Shown in pieces: positions 9,132 through 19,647 of a stretch of DNA of 64,000 bases. This DNA comes from an uncultured Bdellovibrionales bacterium. GTDB lineage: Bacteria; Bdellovibrionota; Bdellovibrionia; Bdellovibrionales; JAMPXM01. Position numbers and translations under genes: made by a program. Under the pieces are notes generated by a model that worked only from the letters and a program-made list of their open reading frames with translations, searched no databases and was not told where the DNA came from. How positions within the stretch are numbered: the first letter of the stretch is position 1; each line of letters starts with the position of its first letter. The stretch covers positions 3,721 to 67,720 of the forward strand of contig CAYONZ010000015.1 of the NCBI GenBank assembly GCA_964405465.1, written 5' to 3'.

Positions 9132-10241
9132 CTACACATCGAGCATTCGACGAATGGCATGTCGTTTTGCCTGCAGTTCGACCCATTCTTTTTCGAGAAC
9201 GCTTTTTCCTACAACACCACAACCTGAATTCAATAGTATTTGTTTATCCTGCCATTGCACGTTGCGAATCGCGACCCAACACTCAGCATTCACCTTGGAG
9301 TCTTCAGTCCACAAAACACCAAATGGTGCACCAAAGCGAAAGCGAGTGCTAACGGAATCCCATGTGCTCATCCATTGCAATCCCCCTCCTCGCGGAGAAA
9401 CCCCCAATGCTGGAGTGGGATGTAAATCAGCAACCAAGTCTGAAAATGAAAATTCTCGAGTCAGTTGCAAGCGCAAATCAGTTTTGAGATGCAAAAGGTG
9501 AGGTAACTCTAAAATCTCAACGGCTTTCTTTTCAACATGGCCCCAGCGATTCAAAACCGCAATTATATCATCCACTACAAGTTGATGCTCTTCTTGCTCT
9601 TTGGGATCCATAATGAAAAAATCGCGCTCCGCTTGACTCGCCGGCAACGGCAGAGTTCCCGCAAGAGCCATCGTATTCAGAGTGCCCCCTGCCCGGTATG
9701 AAAACAGGCACTCTGGGGTTAGACCTAGCATTCCCTCTTGATCATTCCAAAAACCATAAACGCAACCTCTTTGGGCTTTTTCGCGAGATTTCAATGCTGC
9801 CAAAATCACTCTTGCTCGCCAATGATCAGAGGTCAAAGCTTCAGCCTTTGCCGTGACCATTGGAACGGCCTTCATAACCTGGCGATTCGAAATAGAGTTT
9901 TGAATCACATGAAATGCGGACGCAAAGTCATCAAACTCTGGTTCTTTCCAAGACAAAAACAGCTCTGGTCTAGAAACCTCGGTTTGCAACCAAGCCTCCA
10001 ATACCGAAATCAAACTCGAAGTCGATACCGGCTGCCAGTGCCTGGTGATCCACCAAGGCTTTTTGCTCTTAAGGTAAAAATCAGGGGCAAAAATCGAAGC
10101 CGTCTCAGCATCTGCGAAATCGCTCCACCGACCATCGCCCCAGCCCAGCAAAACACGATCGGCAGACGACGACAAAATCCAACCGGAACGCAAGAATACG
10201 CCCACCTGACTCGCTGCAAAAGTGTCTGACCAACGGCTCAT
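9132..10241 (-). CDS. menF: isochorismate synthase
   Basis: Chorismate-binding enzyme C-terminal region (GTLPLPAS, HPTPALGVSPR, GAPFGVLW) in men-operon context. Confidence 0.85.
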   Translation of the reverse strand: MSRWSDTFAASQVGVFLRSGWILSSSADRVLLGWGDGRWSDFADAETASIFAPDFYLKSKKPWWITRHWQPVSTSSLISVLEAWLQTEVSRPELFLSWKEPEFDDFASAFHVIQNSISNRQVMKAVPMVTAKAEALTSDHWRARVILAALKSREKAQRGCVYGFWNDQEGMLGLTPECLFSYRAGGTLNTMALAGTLPLPASQAERDFFIMDPKEQEEHQLVVDDIIAVLNRWGHVEKKAVEILELPHLLHLKTDLRLQLTREFSFSDLVADLHPTPALGVSPRGGGLQWMSTWDSVSTRFRFGAPFGVLWTEDSKVNAECWVAIRNVQWQDKQILLNSGCGVVGKSVLEKEWVELQAKRHAIRRMLDV

Positions 10242-10319
10242 TATTTATCCTCTAGAGTTGACTTCAAAATTGACTTGTAATCTGGTACTTTCACTCTGTC
10301 ACTAAGGAATAAAGCAGTT

Positions 10320-11174
10320 ATGAAGAAGTCGTCGTCGAGTGTGGAAATTCAATTGCCACACATCGCATCTGTCAAAATTGGTGGAGAATTGGAGCGCCGC
10401 GAATTTGCGGTCATCGCCGGCCCCTGTTCAATTGAATCACGCGATCAATTTCGCAATGCTGCCCTTTCTGTTAAAGCCGCTGGAGCTACCGTTTTACGTG
10501 GTGGAATTTTTAAAATGCGCACCAATCCCAACGCTTTTCAAGGGCTAGGCACAACGTCGTTTGCGTTGATCAAAGAGGTCAAAAACGAAACACAGATGCC
10601 TTTGTGTTCTGAGGTTATGGATCCAAGACAAATTTCAGATCTTATGGAAGTGGTCGATTGTTTTCAGGTCGGCTCACGCAACATGTATAATTACTCGCTG
10701 CTTTTGGAACTCGGGCAGACCAAAAAGCCGGTGATGCTCAAGCGTGGCCTCTCGGCAACAGTGGAAGAGTGGGTCTTAGCTGCTGAATATATTATGAAGG
10801 GTGGAGGCACAGACATTATCATGTGCGAACGTGGTATTCGTACATTTGAAACAATCACCCGCAATACCCTTGACCTAAATGCAGTGGCTTATCTTAAAGC
10901 CCACACGCACTTTCCTGTAATTGTGGATCCTTCACATGGCACAGGTCGCCCAGAACTGATTGCTCCAATGGCTCTCGCCGCTGCTGCAGCTGGAGCGGAT
11001 GGTATCATGATTGAAGTTCATCCAAATCCCAAGGAGGCCCTGTCTGATGGATTTCAGGCACTTACTCCGCAACAGTTTTCAGATCTCATGGGACCGTTGC
11101 AAGCCGTAGTCGAAGCCACTGGTCGAAAACTTTCAATTTCTCGCAAACCCGAAATATCGCTATCGTTGCCTTAG
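10320..11174 (+). CDS. 3-deoxy-7-phosphoheptulonate (DAHP) synthase, type I-beta
   Basis: [25 protein letters not shown] and VDPSHGTGR motifs of the KDO8P/DAHP I-beta family. Confidence 0.85.
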   Translation: MKKSSSSVEIQLPHIASVKIGGELERREFAVIAGPCSIESRDQFRNAALSVKAAGATVLRGGIFKMRTNPNAFQGLGTTSFALIKEVKNETQMPLCSEVMDPRQISDLMEVVDCFQVGSRNMYNYSLLLELGQTKKPVMLKRGLSATVEEWVLAAEYIMKGGGTDIIMCERGIRTFETITRNTLDLNAVAYLKAHTHFPVIVDPSHGTGRPELIAPMALAAAAAGADGIMIEVHPNPKEALSDGFQALTPQQFSDLMGPLQAVVEATGRKLSISRKPEISLSLP

Positions 11175-11217
11175 AGAAAAACATGCTTAGTGATACAAAA
11201 ATAAATAGGACTTATTT

Positions 11218-11979
11218 ATGAATACTGAATTACAACCTACTGACCCAACACAATACTCCACTCGTACCTCTGCCGAGCATGGCCCACAAGCCGAAAAAAT
11301 TCGCTCGATGTTTAGTGAGATTGCTGGACGCTATGACCTTGCCAACACAGTGATGTCTCTGGGTGTCCATCACCTTTGGAGGAAAGAGCTGGTTCGTTGG
11401 AGTGGTGCACGACCAGGTCAAAAAACACTTGATTGCGCAACAGGCACTGGCGATTTGGCTATTGAATTTAAACGAGCCGTGAGTTCGTTGGGTGATGTCA
11501 TTGGAACCGACTTCTGCAAGGAAATGATGCTTCCTGCCCCTGCTAAAGCCAAAGAGGCGGGTTTTGATATTCGCTTTGAACAAGCAGATGTCACACAGCT
11601 CCCCTATGACAAGGCTCGTTTTGATATTTCAAGTATTTCATTCGGAATTCGCAATGTGCAGGAGCCAACTAAAGGATTGAGTGAATTGGCCCGAGTTGTA
11701 AAACCAGGTGGCAAGGTGATGGTTCTCGAGTTTGGCCAACCTTCATTTCCGATATTGAGCCAACTCTACAAATGGTATTCCCGAAACATTTTGCCTAAGA
11801 TCGGTGGATGGATCACAGGCAAACCGCAACACTATAGCTATTTGCAAAACTCATCAGCTGAGTTTCCATGTGGTCAAAAATTTGTCGACCTCATGATGTC
11901 GACAGGCCGATACACTAAAGTGGAGTATCGGGAACTTACTTTTGGCATCGCTTACATCTACCGCGGCACCGTAAGATAG
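11218..11979 (+). CDS. ubiE: demethylmenaquinone / ubiquinone C-methyltransferase
   Basis: FSEIAGRYDLANTVMSLGVHHLWRKE, LDCATGTGD and FGIRNV are UbiE/MenG hallmarks. Confidence 0.9.
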   Translation: MNTELQPTDPTQYSTRTSAEHGPQAEKIRSMFSEIAGRYDLANTVMSLGVHHLWRKELVRWSGARPGQKTLDCATGTGDLAIEFKRAVSSLGDVIGTDFCKEMMLPAPAKAKEAGFDIRFEQADVTQLPYDKARFDISSISFGIRNVQEPTKGLSELARVVKPGGKVMVLEFGQPSFPILSQLYKWYSRNILPKIGGWITGKPQHYSYLQNSSAEFPCGQKFVDLMMSTGRYTKVEYRELTFGIAYIYRGTVR

Positions 11980-12063
11980 AGCTGCGAAATAGCTTTGAAA
12001 CAAATGTGAAATGGGCATTTATAAATTGTTTGTGCGACATCACGGCTCGAGTGAAGCCAAAAA

Positions 12064-13902
12064 TTAATCCAGGCTCGCACGGTAACGAGCTTGCTTACCC
12101 TTTCCCATTTGGAAAATTTTCTTTTGGTTCTTTAAAAGTTGCAACTGCCGAGAGGCTGTCGCACGCGACACCGAAAAGGCGCGCTCAAAATCCAGTCTTG
12201 AAATCTCGTGTCGAGCAAGAATGAACTCTATCAATTCAGAACCAAGATCCACTTTTTCTTTTGCGTTCGCTGAGATACTATCTCCATCCGATGTCCAATT
12301 TAATTCTTCGACGAATCTCTCGCGTGCATCCATTGGAAGGACCACCAGCCTTTGGGTGTCAATTTCGAAATGAAGTACGCCATGACTAAGACTGACTTTT
12401 TTCACAACCTGAGTGTAGGACTTAAAACGATTCAATAAATTGAAAATTCGACGATAGTCCTCCTGATCTCCGAGATATTTTTTTTGTTCAAAAGTAAATT
12501 GATAAAACTCATCTAAACCAATTGGACTTCCGAATTCATTGGCTACCAAAAAAAATGCTCGACTCAATGGTTTCGATTTGCATGAAATCCCTTGGTATTC
12601 GATTATCGAACTTCCCATCGAAATGAAGATTTGATCCCGTTCCTGCACGGCGCTTTTGCTCACCAAAAAACGATGGAGGTCAAACAACGGATGGCTCGGA
12701 TCAAGTGTGGATTTCAGCAAATCAGCCAGCAGAAGTTGATTGGAACCAAAGAGAGAGTGATTCTCAAGTGGTCGTAAAAATTTCTGCCCAACCCAACGAT
12801 CTTTCAAGTGTTGAATCAAAAGATACTCAAATTCATATAGCGGAAAAAGTTGCCGATTTAAAACGCCCAATTGAGAAACCAAAGAATCAACAATTGCCGA
12901 TACCTTGGGAGAAACCAATGCCAACCAATGGAGCGCGTTGGCCACCAGAACACGATCCTCAGATGACATTGATCGAGACTGCCGCGGAAGGTCTAAGTTG
13001 CGTAATACCATCATCCACATTGAACAAGGGACTCGATGTGGGTCCACCAGCCAATTCCAAACCCAAAGATAAAATCGATCACATAAAAGTGGGAGATAAG
13101 GATTAATAAAGTCACGTTCATCCACAATAAAATTAATTGTGTTCTGTTTGAATACTTTAAAAGTTGCAATTTTGTCATTTAGAGTAAAATTATCAATACC
13201 ACTTTGCCTATTAAATTTTGGTGCACCAGTCGCGACAAAAGGCAGTGAGCAAACCCACGAGGCATAGCCAACATATCCTCTTTGCTGATCGAACTCCGTT
13301 ATTGAAGCAACCAAACTCGAAAATTCACCTGAGCGGAATAGAATTCTTTGCTTGAATTCTGCAAAACCATAGTAGGCCAACGGTACCAAAGACCGATTTT
13401 TTTCTTTGCTAAAAAAATTTGTTAATTGGTCTTCTGTTTCTTTGTTTCGCATGCCTAGACTTTCACAGACACCAAGTAAATTGACCTGGGCTGATATCCG
13501 ACACCAATCGTCTTGCGCATGCCCTACCGCTCGAAGGCACAGATCTAACGCTAAGGAAAGATCAAGTTTCTGTAATGCCTGACATGAACCTTCGAAAAGA
13601 AAAAAGAAATCATACTCAAGCTCCGACTTGGACATGAAGTCTTTTATGGCCTCATAGAGACGATAAGCTTTTGGTAGGTTCTGCTCACGTCTTGCTACCC
13701 ATGCACGAAGTAAAATTGAGTGGGCAATATTTCGGCGAAATACAAACGGCTGGTTCTGAATATCAAACGCCGAAACATTCAACATATATTGATGTTCGAA
13801 TTTCTCAAGGCACTGGAGAGCAAATACGAAATCTTGTTCAAACCTCGCCTGCCATGCTGTGCGAACAAGTGTGTCCATTTCGATGTCATCACTGTAACTC
13901 AT
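12064..13902 (-). CDS. hypothetical protein with a C-terminal winged-helix-like segment
   Basis: 612-aa ORF. The C-terminal SRATASRQLQLLKNQKKIFQMGKGKQARY looks like a wHTH. The rest is unrecognised. Confidence 0.45.
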   Translation of the reverse strand: MSYSDDIEMDTLVRTAWQARFEQDFVFALQCLEKFEHQYMLNVSAFDIQNQPFVFRRNIAHSILLRAWVARREQNLPKAYRLYEAIKDFMSKSELEYDFFFLFEGSCQALQKLDLSLALDLCLRAVGHAQDDWCRISAQVNLLGVCESLGMRNKETEDQLTNFFSKEKNRSLVPLAYYGFAEFKQRILFRSGEFSSLVASITEFDQQRGYVGYASWVCSLPFVATGAPKFNRQSGIDNFTLNDKIATFKVFKQNTINFIVDERDFINPYLPLLCDRFYLWVWNWLVDPHRVPCSMWMMVLRNLDLPRQSRSMSSEDRVLVANALHWLALVSPKVSAIVDSLVSQLGVLNRQLFPLYEFEYLLIQHLKDRWVGQKFLRPLENHSLFGSNQLLLADLLKSTLDPSHPLFDLHRFLVSKSAVQERDQIFISMGSSIIEYQGISCKSKPLSRAFFLVANEFGSPIGLDEFYQFTFEQKKYLGDQEDYRRIFNLLNRFKSYTQVVKKVSLSHGVLHFEIDTQRLVVLPMDARERFVEELNWTSDGDSISANAKEKVDLGSELIEFILARHEISRLDFERAFSVSRATASRQLQLLKNQKKIFQMGKGKQARYRASLD

Positions 13903-14049
13903 GTGCCCTCACATTCGACTCATTTGCTACTCAAATAATAATAGACCCCAGTTTCAAGAAAAAAGGCAAGTCGATATAGTTTGATTTGCCCTCGATCAGC
14001 ACTTTGAATGCCAGACAATTTACAGCTCAATAGAAAAAGGAGATTCAAG

Positions 14050-15099
14050 ATGAATGCACAGCCCTTACAATACGATTTCGATTATGAAAGACTCATTCTG
14101 ATCTGCGGTGGACACATTTTTTTTCAAACAGTTGCTGCCGCGGTCGAACTCGAACTATTTGATAAAATTGAGGTGAGAAAAACGGCAACCATGGAAGAAC
14201 TTGCCAGTGATCTTAAACTTCAGAGTAAGCCAGTCCGAATATTGTTGTTAGGTTTGAGTTCGCTTAAGCTTGTGGAAAAAAAAGGCCATCTTTATGAAAA
14301 TAGTCCTTTGGCAAAAATGTTTTTGTTAAAAGGCAGCCCTCGTACACTGGTGAATTTAATCAAGTGGCAACACCACATCAATTACAAGGCCATGTTCCAC
14401 TTCACCGAAGCACTTATCGCCAACGATAACGTTGGCCTCAAAGAATTTTCAGGTTCCGAAAAAACTCTCTATGAAAGACTTGTACACACACCGCATCTCG
14501 AAAAAATATTTCAAGATGCAATGAAGGACATATCAGACCAGTCAAATTCTGCCTTTGCAAAATCGGTCAACTTAAACGGAGTCAAACATTTGATTGATGT
14601 TGGTGGCGGAAATGGAACAAACATTGTGAATCTGGCCAAGATTCACCCCAACACCAAATTCTCTATTTTTGATTCACCTAGTGTTTGCGAAGAGGCCAAA
14701 AGAAATTTTGCGAATTTTCCTGAACTGAGTGGGCGACTTGGAACCTTTGTGGGAAACTGCTTTGAGAATGAATTTCCGAGCGAAGCAGATTGCATTTTGT
14801 TTTGCCACTTTTTCACCATTTGGAGCGAAAACGAAAACCTCACTCTTCTTAAAAAGTGTTTCAATTCGTTGAAGTCTGGAGGTCGCGCCATGATTTTCAA
14901 TATGATGCAATTTGATTCAGAGGATGGTCCGCTAACTGCAGCGATGGGATCTCCCTATTTTTTAACTTTGGCGACGGGTAAAGGGATGCTTTATACCAGA
15001 AATGAATATATGAAATGGTTTCGTGAGGCTGGTTTTGTTGATGTCACAATACAAGAACTGCCAACTGACCATGCCCTAATCTATGGATTCAAGCCTTAG
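14050..15099 (+). CDS. class I SAM-dependent O-methyltransferase (Methyltransf_2-like)
   Basis: LIDVGGGNGT SAM motif with an N-terminal dimerisation-like region. AAGGAG lies before the ATG at 14050. Confidence 0.7.
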   Translation: MNAQPLQYDFDYERLILICGGHIFFQTVAAAVELELFDKIEVRKTATMEELASDLKLQSKPVRILLLGLSSLKLVEKKGHLYENSPLAKMFLLKGSPRTLVNLIKWQHHINYKAMFHFTEALIANDNVGLKEFSGSEKTLYERLVHTPHLEKIFQDAMKDISDQSNSAFAKSVNLNGVKHLIDVGGGNGTNIVNLAKIHPNTKFSIFDSPSVCEEAKRNFANFPELSGRLGTFVGNCFENEFPSEADCILFCHFFTIWSENENLTLLKKCFNSLKSGGRAMIFNMMQFDSEDGPLTAAMGSPYFLTLATGKGMLYTRNEYMKWFREAGFVDVTIQELPTDHALIYGFKP

Positions 15100-16686
15100 T
15101 TTTTTTGCAAGTGCCACTCTATCTAGCTTGCCATTTGCATTGATAGGTCGCTCGAAGACGATATGCACCTGTTTGGGGACCAATGTTCCGGCGAGATGTT
15201 TGGCACATTCTAGTATGGCGGCCTCTTTTTGTAGTTGAGTTATAGGTCTAAACACCACGGCCAATAGGCTTATGACATGGCCATCAATATCTTTCTGCCC
15301 AGGCAAAACAACCACTTCTTGTCCATCCAGTGCGCGTGAAAAATGCGTCTCAACCTCTTCAAGACAAACCCGTTGCCCAGCGACTTTCACCTGCAAATCT
15401 GACCGACCCACAAAAAAGTATTCACCATTATCCAGGCATCTGGCTAGGTCACCTGTTTTGAACCAACGCACCTGATCTAATTCGAAAAATTTATCTTTAC
15501 TCAACTCAGACTTCTTTAAATACCCACGAACCACCTGGGAACCGCCTATCCATATTTCCCCAACTTCTCCCGGCATGACCTTGCAACCTTCCTGATCGCG
15601 CAAATCAATTTGTACATTTGCATATGGTTTCCCTAGTGAAATCATGAGGAAAGATTGATCCTCGGCGAAATCCTGTGGCAGAGCTTTTGAAATTGGTACT
15701 GAGATAGATTCGACTTGCTTTAGATCTACTATCTTTCGCATCACACTAATCGTGGTCTCTGCTGGGCCATACAGATTTTCAATTCGAGAAATGGGCGCGA
15801 TGCGATGCCACTCACGCACAAGGCTTAGAGACAACGATTCCCCAATAAACGTGGTCAATCGAATATTGCCGAAACTACCATCTAAAATGGTTCGAATTGA
15901 TAAACACAATCGTGCCATCGAGGGCGATGAATTCCAAATGGTGACTCGCTCGCGACCCACAAAATCAATAATGTTTACCATATCAAAAGAAGTAAATGGA
16001 CACAGGCAGGCCCCTTTGGTCCATGCCCAAAGCAAATCTCCAATTGATGGGTCAAAACTCAACTCAAATACTTGAGCAATACGATCGCTTGGATTGATGT
16101 CATAGAGCCCCTGGATGTTTTCATAATAGGTCTGTAGATTGAACTGTGAGACTGGAATTCCTTTAGGCACGCCAGTTGTTCCAGATGTAAAGATAATATA
16201 AGCCAACGACAAAGGCATAAAACCTATTTCTGCCGTTAAAAGATCAGTCAATTTGGCACGAGATTTTTCTTTTGCGGGACCTTGAAAATTGAACTCCGCA
16301 AACTGAGGTGGATGACTCCATTTACGCGCAAGCAGATCTTGCGCAACTGACTTCCCAACACGGTCAAAGATCACAAATTTTAGATCTGCCTCCGCAATAA
16401 TGGTAGCCGTTTTTTCTACCGGCCACCGTGGGTTAAGAGGCACAAAGGAAATTCCCAAAGCCCAACACGACACCATCGCTGCATAAGATGTCTCGGTTTT
16501 TTGAGTCAAAATTCCTATGGCGTTTTGCTCTGACTTTCGAAAAATTTCATACAGTTCGCCACAAATTCTATCAATCTCGCGAAATGTGAGGCGCACTTGT
16601 TTTTTTTGAATTTGATCGAAATAGGAAACTGCGGTTTGGTCAGGGAACAAGCGAAATGCCATCAAAATATCGTCTAGATATCTCAA
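15076..16686 (-). CDS. AMP-dependent adenylating enzyme (stand-alone A-domain / DltA-like)
   Basis: IIFTSGTTGVPKG, YGPAETT, WFKTGDLAR and GRSDLQVKVAGQRV core motifs. Confidence 0.8.
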   Translation of the reverse strand: MRYLDDILMAFRLFPDQTAVSYFDQIQKKQVRLTFREIDRICGELYEIFRKSEQNAIGILTQKTETSYAAMVSCWALGISFVPLNPRWPVEKTATIIAEADLKFVIFDRVGKSVAQDLLARKWSHPPQFAEFNFQGPAKEKSRAKLTDLLTAEIGFMPLSLAYIIFTSGTTGVPKGIPVSQFNLQTYYENIQGLYDINPSDRIAQVFELSFDPSIGDLLWAWTKGACLCPFTSFDMVNIIDFVGRERVTIWNSSPSMARLCLSIRTILDGSFGNIRLTTFIGESLSLSLVREWHRIAPISRIENLYGPAETTISVMRKIVDLKQVESISVPISKALPQDFAEDQSFLMISLGKPYANVQIDLRDQEGCKVMPGEVGEIWIGGSQVVRGYLKKSELSKDKFFELDQVRWFKTGDLARCLDNGEYFFVGRSDLQVKVAGQRVCLEEVETHFSRALDGQEVVVLPGQKDIDGHVISLLAVVFRPITQLQKEAAILECAKHLAGTLVPKQVHIVFERPINANGKLDRVALAKKLRLESID

Positions 16687-18530
16687 AGCCGCCCCTCGCG
16701 CTCCATCTTTTGCCAGAATTCTCTCTGCCCCAACGCCTGTGCTTTGAACATTTTAATTCCAGAAACATAACGTGAACCAGTCTTTTGAGCGTATTCTAAT
16801 CCGGGTGAATCTTCTGCATAATTTAAATCGAAAATCACATCTGGCTTCCAACTCGGATCTGGCCAAATATTGGATTTTTCAAACTGCGCTCGTCCAACCC
16901 CCCAAATAAGTAAACGTGGAAATTCACATGGAAGTTCATTGTTTCGGGGCAGACCAGACTGAGCAGAATACGAGGACGCCGCAGGAAACACCCGCCGAAT
17001 CACCTCTAGTGTTCCTCCGCCACCCCAAATGACAACTTGCTCGAGAGACAAGAGCTGCTCTTCTTCCGCCGAATAGCTAAGCCCAAACAAATCCGTATTG
17101 GTTGAAAGCCAGGACTTTTTCTGCTGACTCCACACTAATGTATTCGAGGCCCCAAGTTCCTGGGTAATGGAGTCATAAACTATGCTCGAATCAAAACAGA
17201 TTGTCTTGAGTGGCGACGTGACTGCGGCCCACTTGAGTCCGAGTGAACCCAAAAATTCCAAGGCTCCGTTTTTCCATTCCTGTTCAGTCATACGAATGGA
17301 AAAAACAGGTGCACCAAGTTTTTTAAAAAATTCAAACTGTTCTGCAGGAGTCCGGCTATGTGCCACTGGATCCCCCAAAATGGCTGCAAAACACATGGCA
17401 TTGGCCATTTTTTTTCGACGAGTCCATTCAATAAGTGTTGGTTGATCAATTGCCGATCCGTCGCCCTCACGCCAAAACTGCAAAGGTGACCTCGTACTCA
17501 TCCAAAGCCGGTACCACTTCCATCGACCATCGGTAGACATCGGTAAAAAGCTGCGATTTGCAGGGTCTTGTCGAACCCAGTTATGTACTTCTTCCAGTTC
17601 CCTAAAGTCATCGATCATCAGCGCAAGTTTGATTGTCGATTTTGGCAGACCAGGTGAGACAGCGTTCAGATTCTCAAGTGTTTCAGTCAACGATCCAGAT
17701 TTTGTGTGCAGTGACAGAACTGTAGGAGCGAGGTCTTTTGTTGGCAAACCCCGCTCGAGAGGCCAATCAAAATTAAGTTTGTATTTTCTGATCAGACCGA
17801 GTGACCTGTCCGTTTCACTTTGGTTCCTCAAGCTAAACAAAATTTGTCTACCGAATCCCCACTCCTCACAGAGAATTTTTAGCGTGAGTTGAAGATTCTC
17901 AAATGAAAGTAAGTCGTCCCGTAACTCCAGCCACTTAACTCCCCTTTGGATTTGCCGTTGTAGCCAAATTCGATCATTGTATCGAGAACCAGGAACGGTA
18001 ACGGCACCACCGACCTGTTGAATGTCCCCCAGTAACCATTCTCGTTCCTCATCATTAATGAAATCAAATCCTTCTTGTGTTTCCAGAATCTGATCTGCCA
18101 TCTGCATATATCTTTTGGTGCGAGTATCAACCCGCTGCAAATACTCTTCCAAAGGACCAAGACCTGCAGTCAATCTTGGTCGATTCAAAAACACTCTTCC
18201 TTTAGTGTCAGTGGGTCTCTTTACCCACAAATACTCCCAACCCGATTTCTTTGGGCCCTCGAACCCACCGCCCAACGATACAAAACAGTCCTCAGTTCTC
18301 TTGGAAAGTTCTCGATCAAGACGATCGAAATGGCTTTGTTCAAGCTGACGAAATGCCGACTCACCTTTCGTCGAAAAAATTTCTGCTACGCTGATGCCTT
18401 CTGCTTTTGCGATCTCTTGATCCAAATCGAAAAAACTGGCTGCCCGTCCTGCACGCTCATAATAAAACTTGGCCCTCTCTAGAAAACTAGTTTTTCCAGT
18501 TCCTCGGTGGCCAATAATCGCATATTTCAC
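16683..18530 (-). CDS. trifunctional shikimate kinase / type I 3-dehydroquinate dehydratase-like / shikimate dehydrogenase fusion
   Basis: N-terminal GHRGTGKTS Walker A; central VKWLELRDDLL and TVLSLHT (AroD-like); C-terminal ILGDPVAHSRTP, TSPLK and NTD (AroE). Confidence 0.7.
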   Translation of the reverse strand: MKYAIIGHRGTGKTSFLERAKFYYERAGRAASFFDLDQEIAKAEGISVAEIFSTKGESAFRQLEQSHFDRLDRELSKRTEDCFVSLGGGFEGPKKSGWEYLWVKRPTDTKGRVFLNRPRLTAGLGPLEEYLQRVDTRTKRYMQMADQILETQEGFDFINDEEREWLLGDIQQVGGAVTVPGSRYNDRIWLQRQIQRGVKWLELRDDLLSFENLQLTLKILCEEWGFGRQILFSLRNQSETDRSLGLIRKYKLNFDWPLERGLPTKDLAPTVLSLHTKSGSLTETLENLNAVSPGLPKSTIKLALMIDDFRELEEVHNWVRQDPANRSFLPMSTDGRWKWYRLWMSTRSPLQFWREGDGSAIDQPTLIEWTRRKKMANAMCFAAILGDPVAHSRTPAEQFEFFKKLGAPVFSIRMTEQEWKNGALEFLGSLGLKWAAVTSPLKTICFDSSIVYDSITQELGASNTLVWSQQKKSWLSTNTDLFGLSYSAEEEQLLSLEQVVIWGGGGTLEVIRRVFPAASSYSAQSGLPRNNELPCEFPRLLIWGVGRAQFEKSNIWPDPSWKPDVIFDLNYAEDSPGLEYAQKTGSRYVSGIKMFKAQALGQREFWQKMEREGRL

Positions 18531-19612
18531 TTCATCCAGCCTTGGGCACGAGCCTCAACAATGACTTCGGCGACACGGACTTTCTCACGTTTGACCTTGC
18601 CCCACCCATGCACAAAAAGAAATGTAACTGTGTCTCCCCTTTTTGTGTCACCTTTTTCACGTTTTTTATCCTTAAGCAAAAGGTTCTGAACGCGTTTTTC
18701 AGTAAGTGCTTTTTGATTCCATTGCGAATCAACATTCCAACTCGCAAAACCGCAGACGTCTTCTAGCAAAATCAGAAAATCAAAAAGTTCATGCTCTTTA
18801 ATATATTTTTTTTCAAAGCTCCAATTGAGCGCGAAAAAAGTTCCTTGAGCAACTGCCATCCCATGCGCAACCCCTAACTCTGCCTCAAGTACATGACCAA
18901 AAGTGTGCCCAAGATTTAGAATCTGACGAACACCTGTTTTTTCATAAGGATCGCGATTAACAACTCGATACTTTGAATCGATAGCAGACTTTAGTGTTTT
19001 CCAAATCATTTCAGCAGGCGCCATTCCCTCACGCATTTTTTTGCGCCAAGGTCCACCATCGATAATTGCAATTTTAGCCAGTTCACCTAAAGCCTCAAGG
19101 GCACGCGCTTCAGGCTGGTTTTTTAAAAAATCGTAGCAAATCACAATCTCTTTTGCAGGATAAAACGTGCCTATTTGATTCTTTGCACTGGCCACATTCA
19201 TAGCAGTCTTCCCGCCATGAGAAGAATCGACGGCCGCCAGCCAAGTGGTTGGCACATGAATGAGTCCAACACCACGCTTAAGAATACTTGCTACAAAGCC
19301 AGCAAAATCACCTACCGAACCTCCGCCAGCCGCAACCACAGTGAGCTCTCTTGAGTTCAGATGCGCAACTTTCTCAATAATTTTAGCAATGTGAACAGGA
19401 AAGCCGTTAATGTCCTTCAGAGATTCACCAGCTTCAACACCATATGTACAAGTGAAACCTTTCATCCATGAACGAAAACTTGGCGATACTTTTCCAAGAT
19501 GCTTGTCATAAATAAGAATTGTTTGTTCGCCAAATCGAGAAGGTTTGAGAATTTTTCTAGTAAATGTAATTTTTGATTTTTTCATAGTTTCTATTATAGG
19601 CTCGATGCCCAC
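18527..19612 (-). CDS. aroB: 3-dehydroquinate synthase
   Basis: GGGSVGDFAGFVA, HGGKTA and LNLGHTFGHVLE. Confidence 0.9.
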   Translation of the reverse strand: MGIEPIIETMKKSKITFTRKILKPSRFGEQTILIYDKHLGKVSPSFRSWMKGFTCTYGVEAGESLKDINGFPVHIAKIIEKVAHLNSRELTVVAAGGGSVGDFAGFVASILKRGVGLIHVPTTWLAAVDSSHGGKTAMNVASAKNQIGTFYPAKEIVICYDFLKNQPEARALEALGELAKIAIIDGGPWRKKMREGMAPAEMIWKTLKSAIDSKYRVVNRDPYEKTGVRQILNLGHTFGHVLEAELGVAHGMAVAQGTFFALNWSFEKKYIKEHELFDFLILLEDVCGFASWNVDSQWNQKALTEKRVQNLLLKDKKREKGDTKRGDTVTFLFVHGWGKVKREKVRVAEVIVEARAQGWMK

Positions 19613-19647
19613 AACAGAGAAGACCTAAATAAACTCTTGTATTGAGT

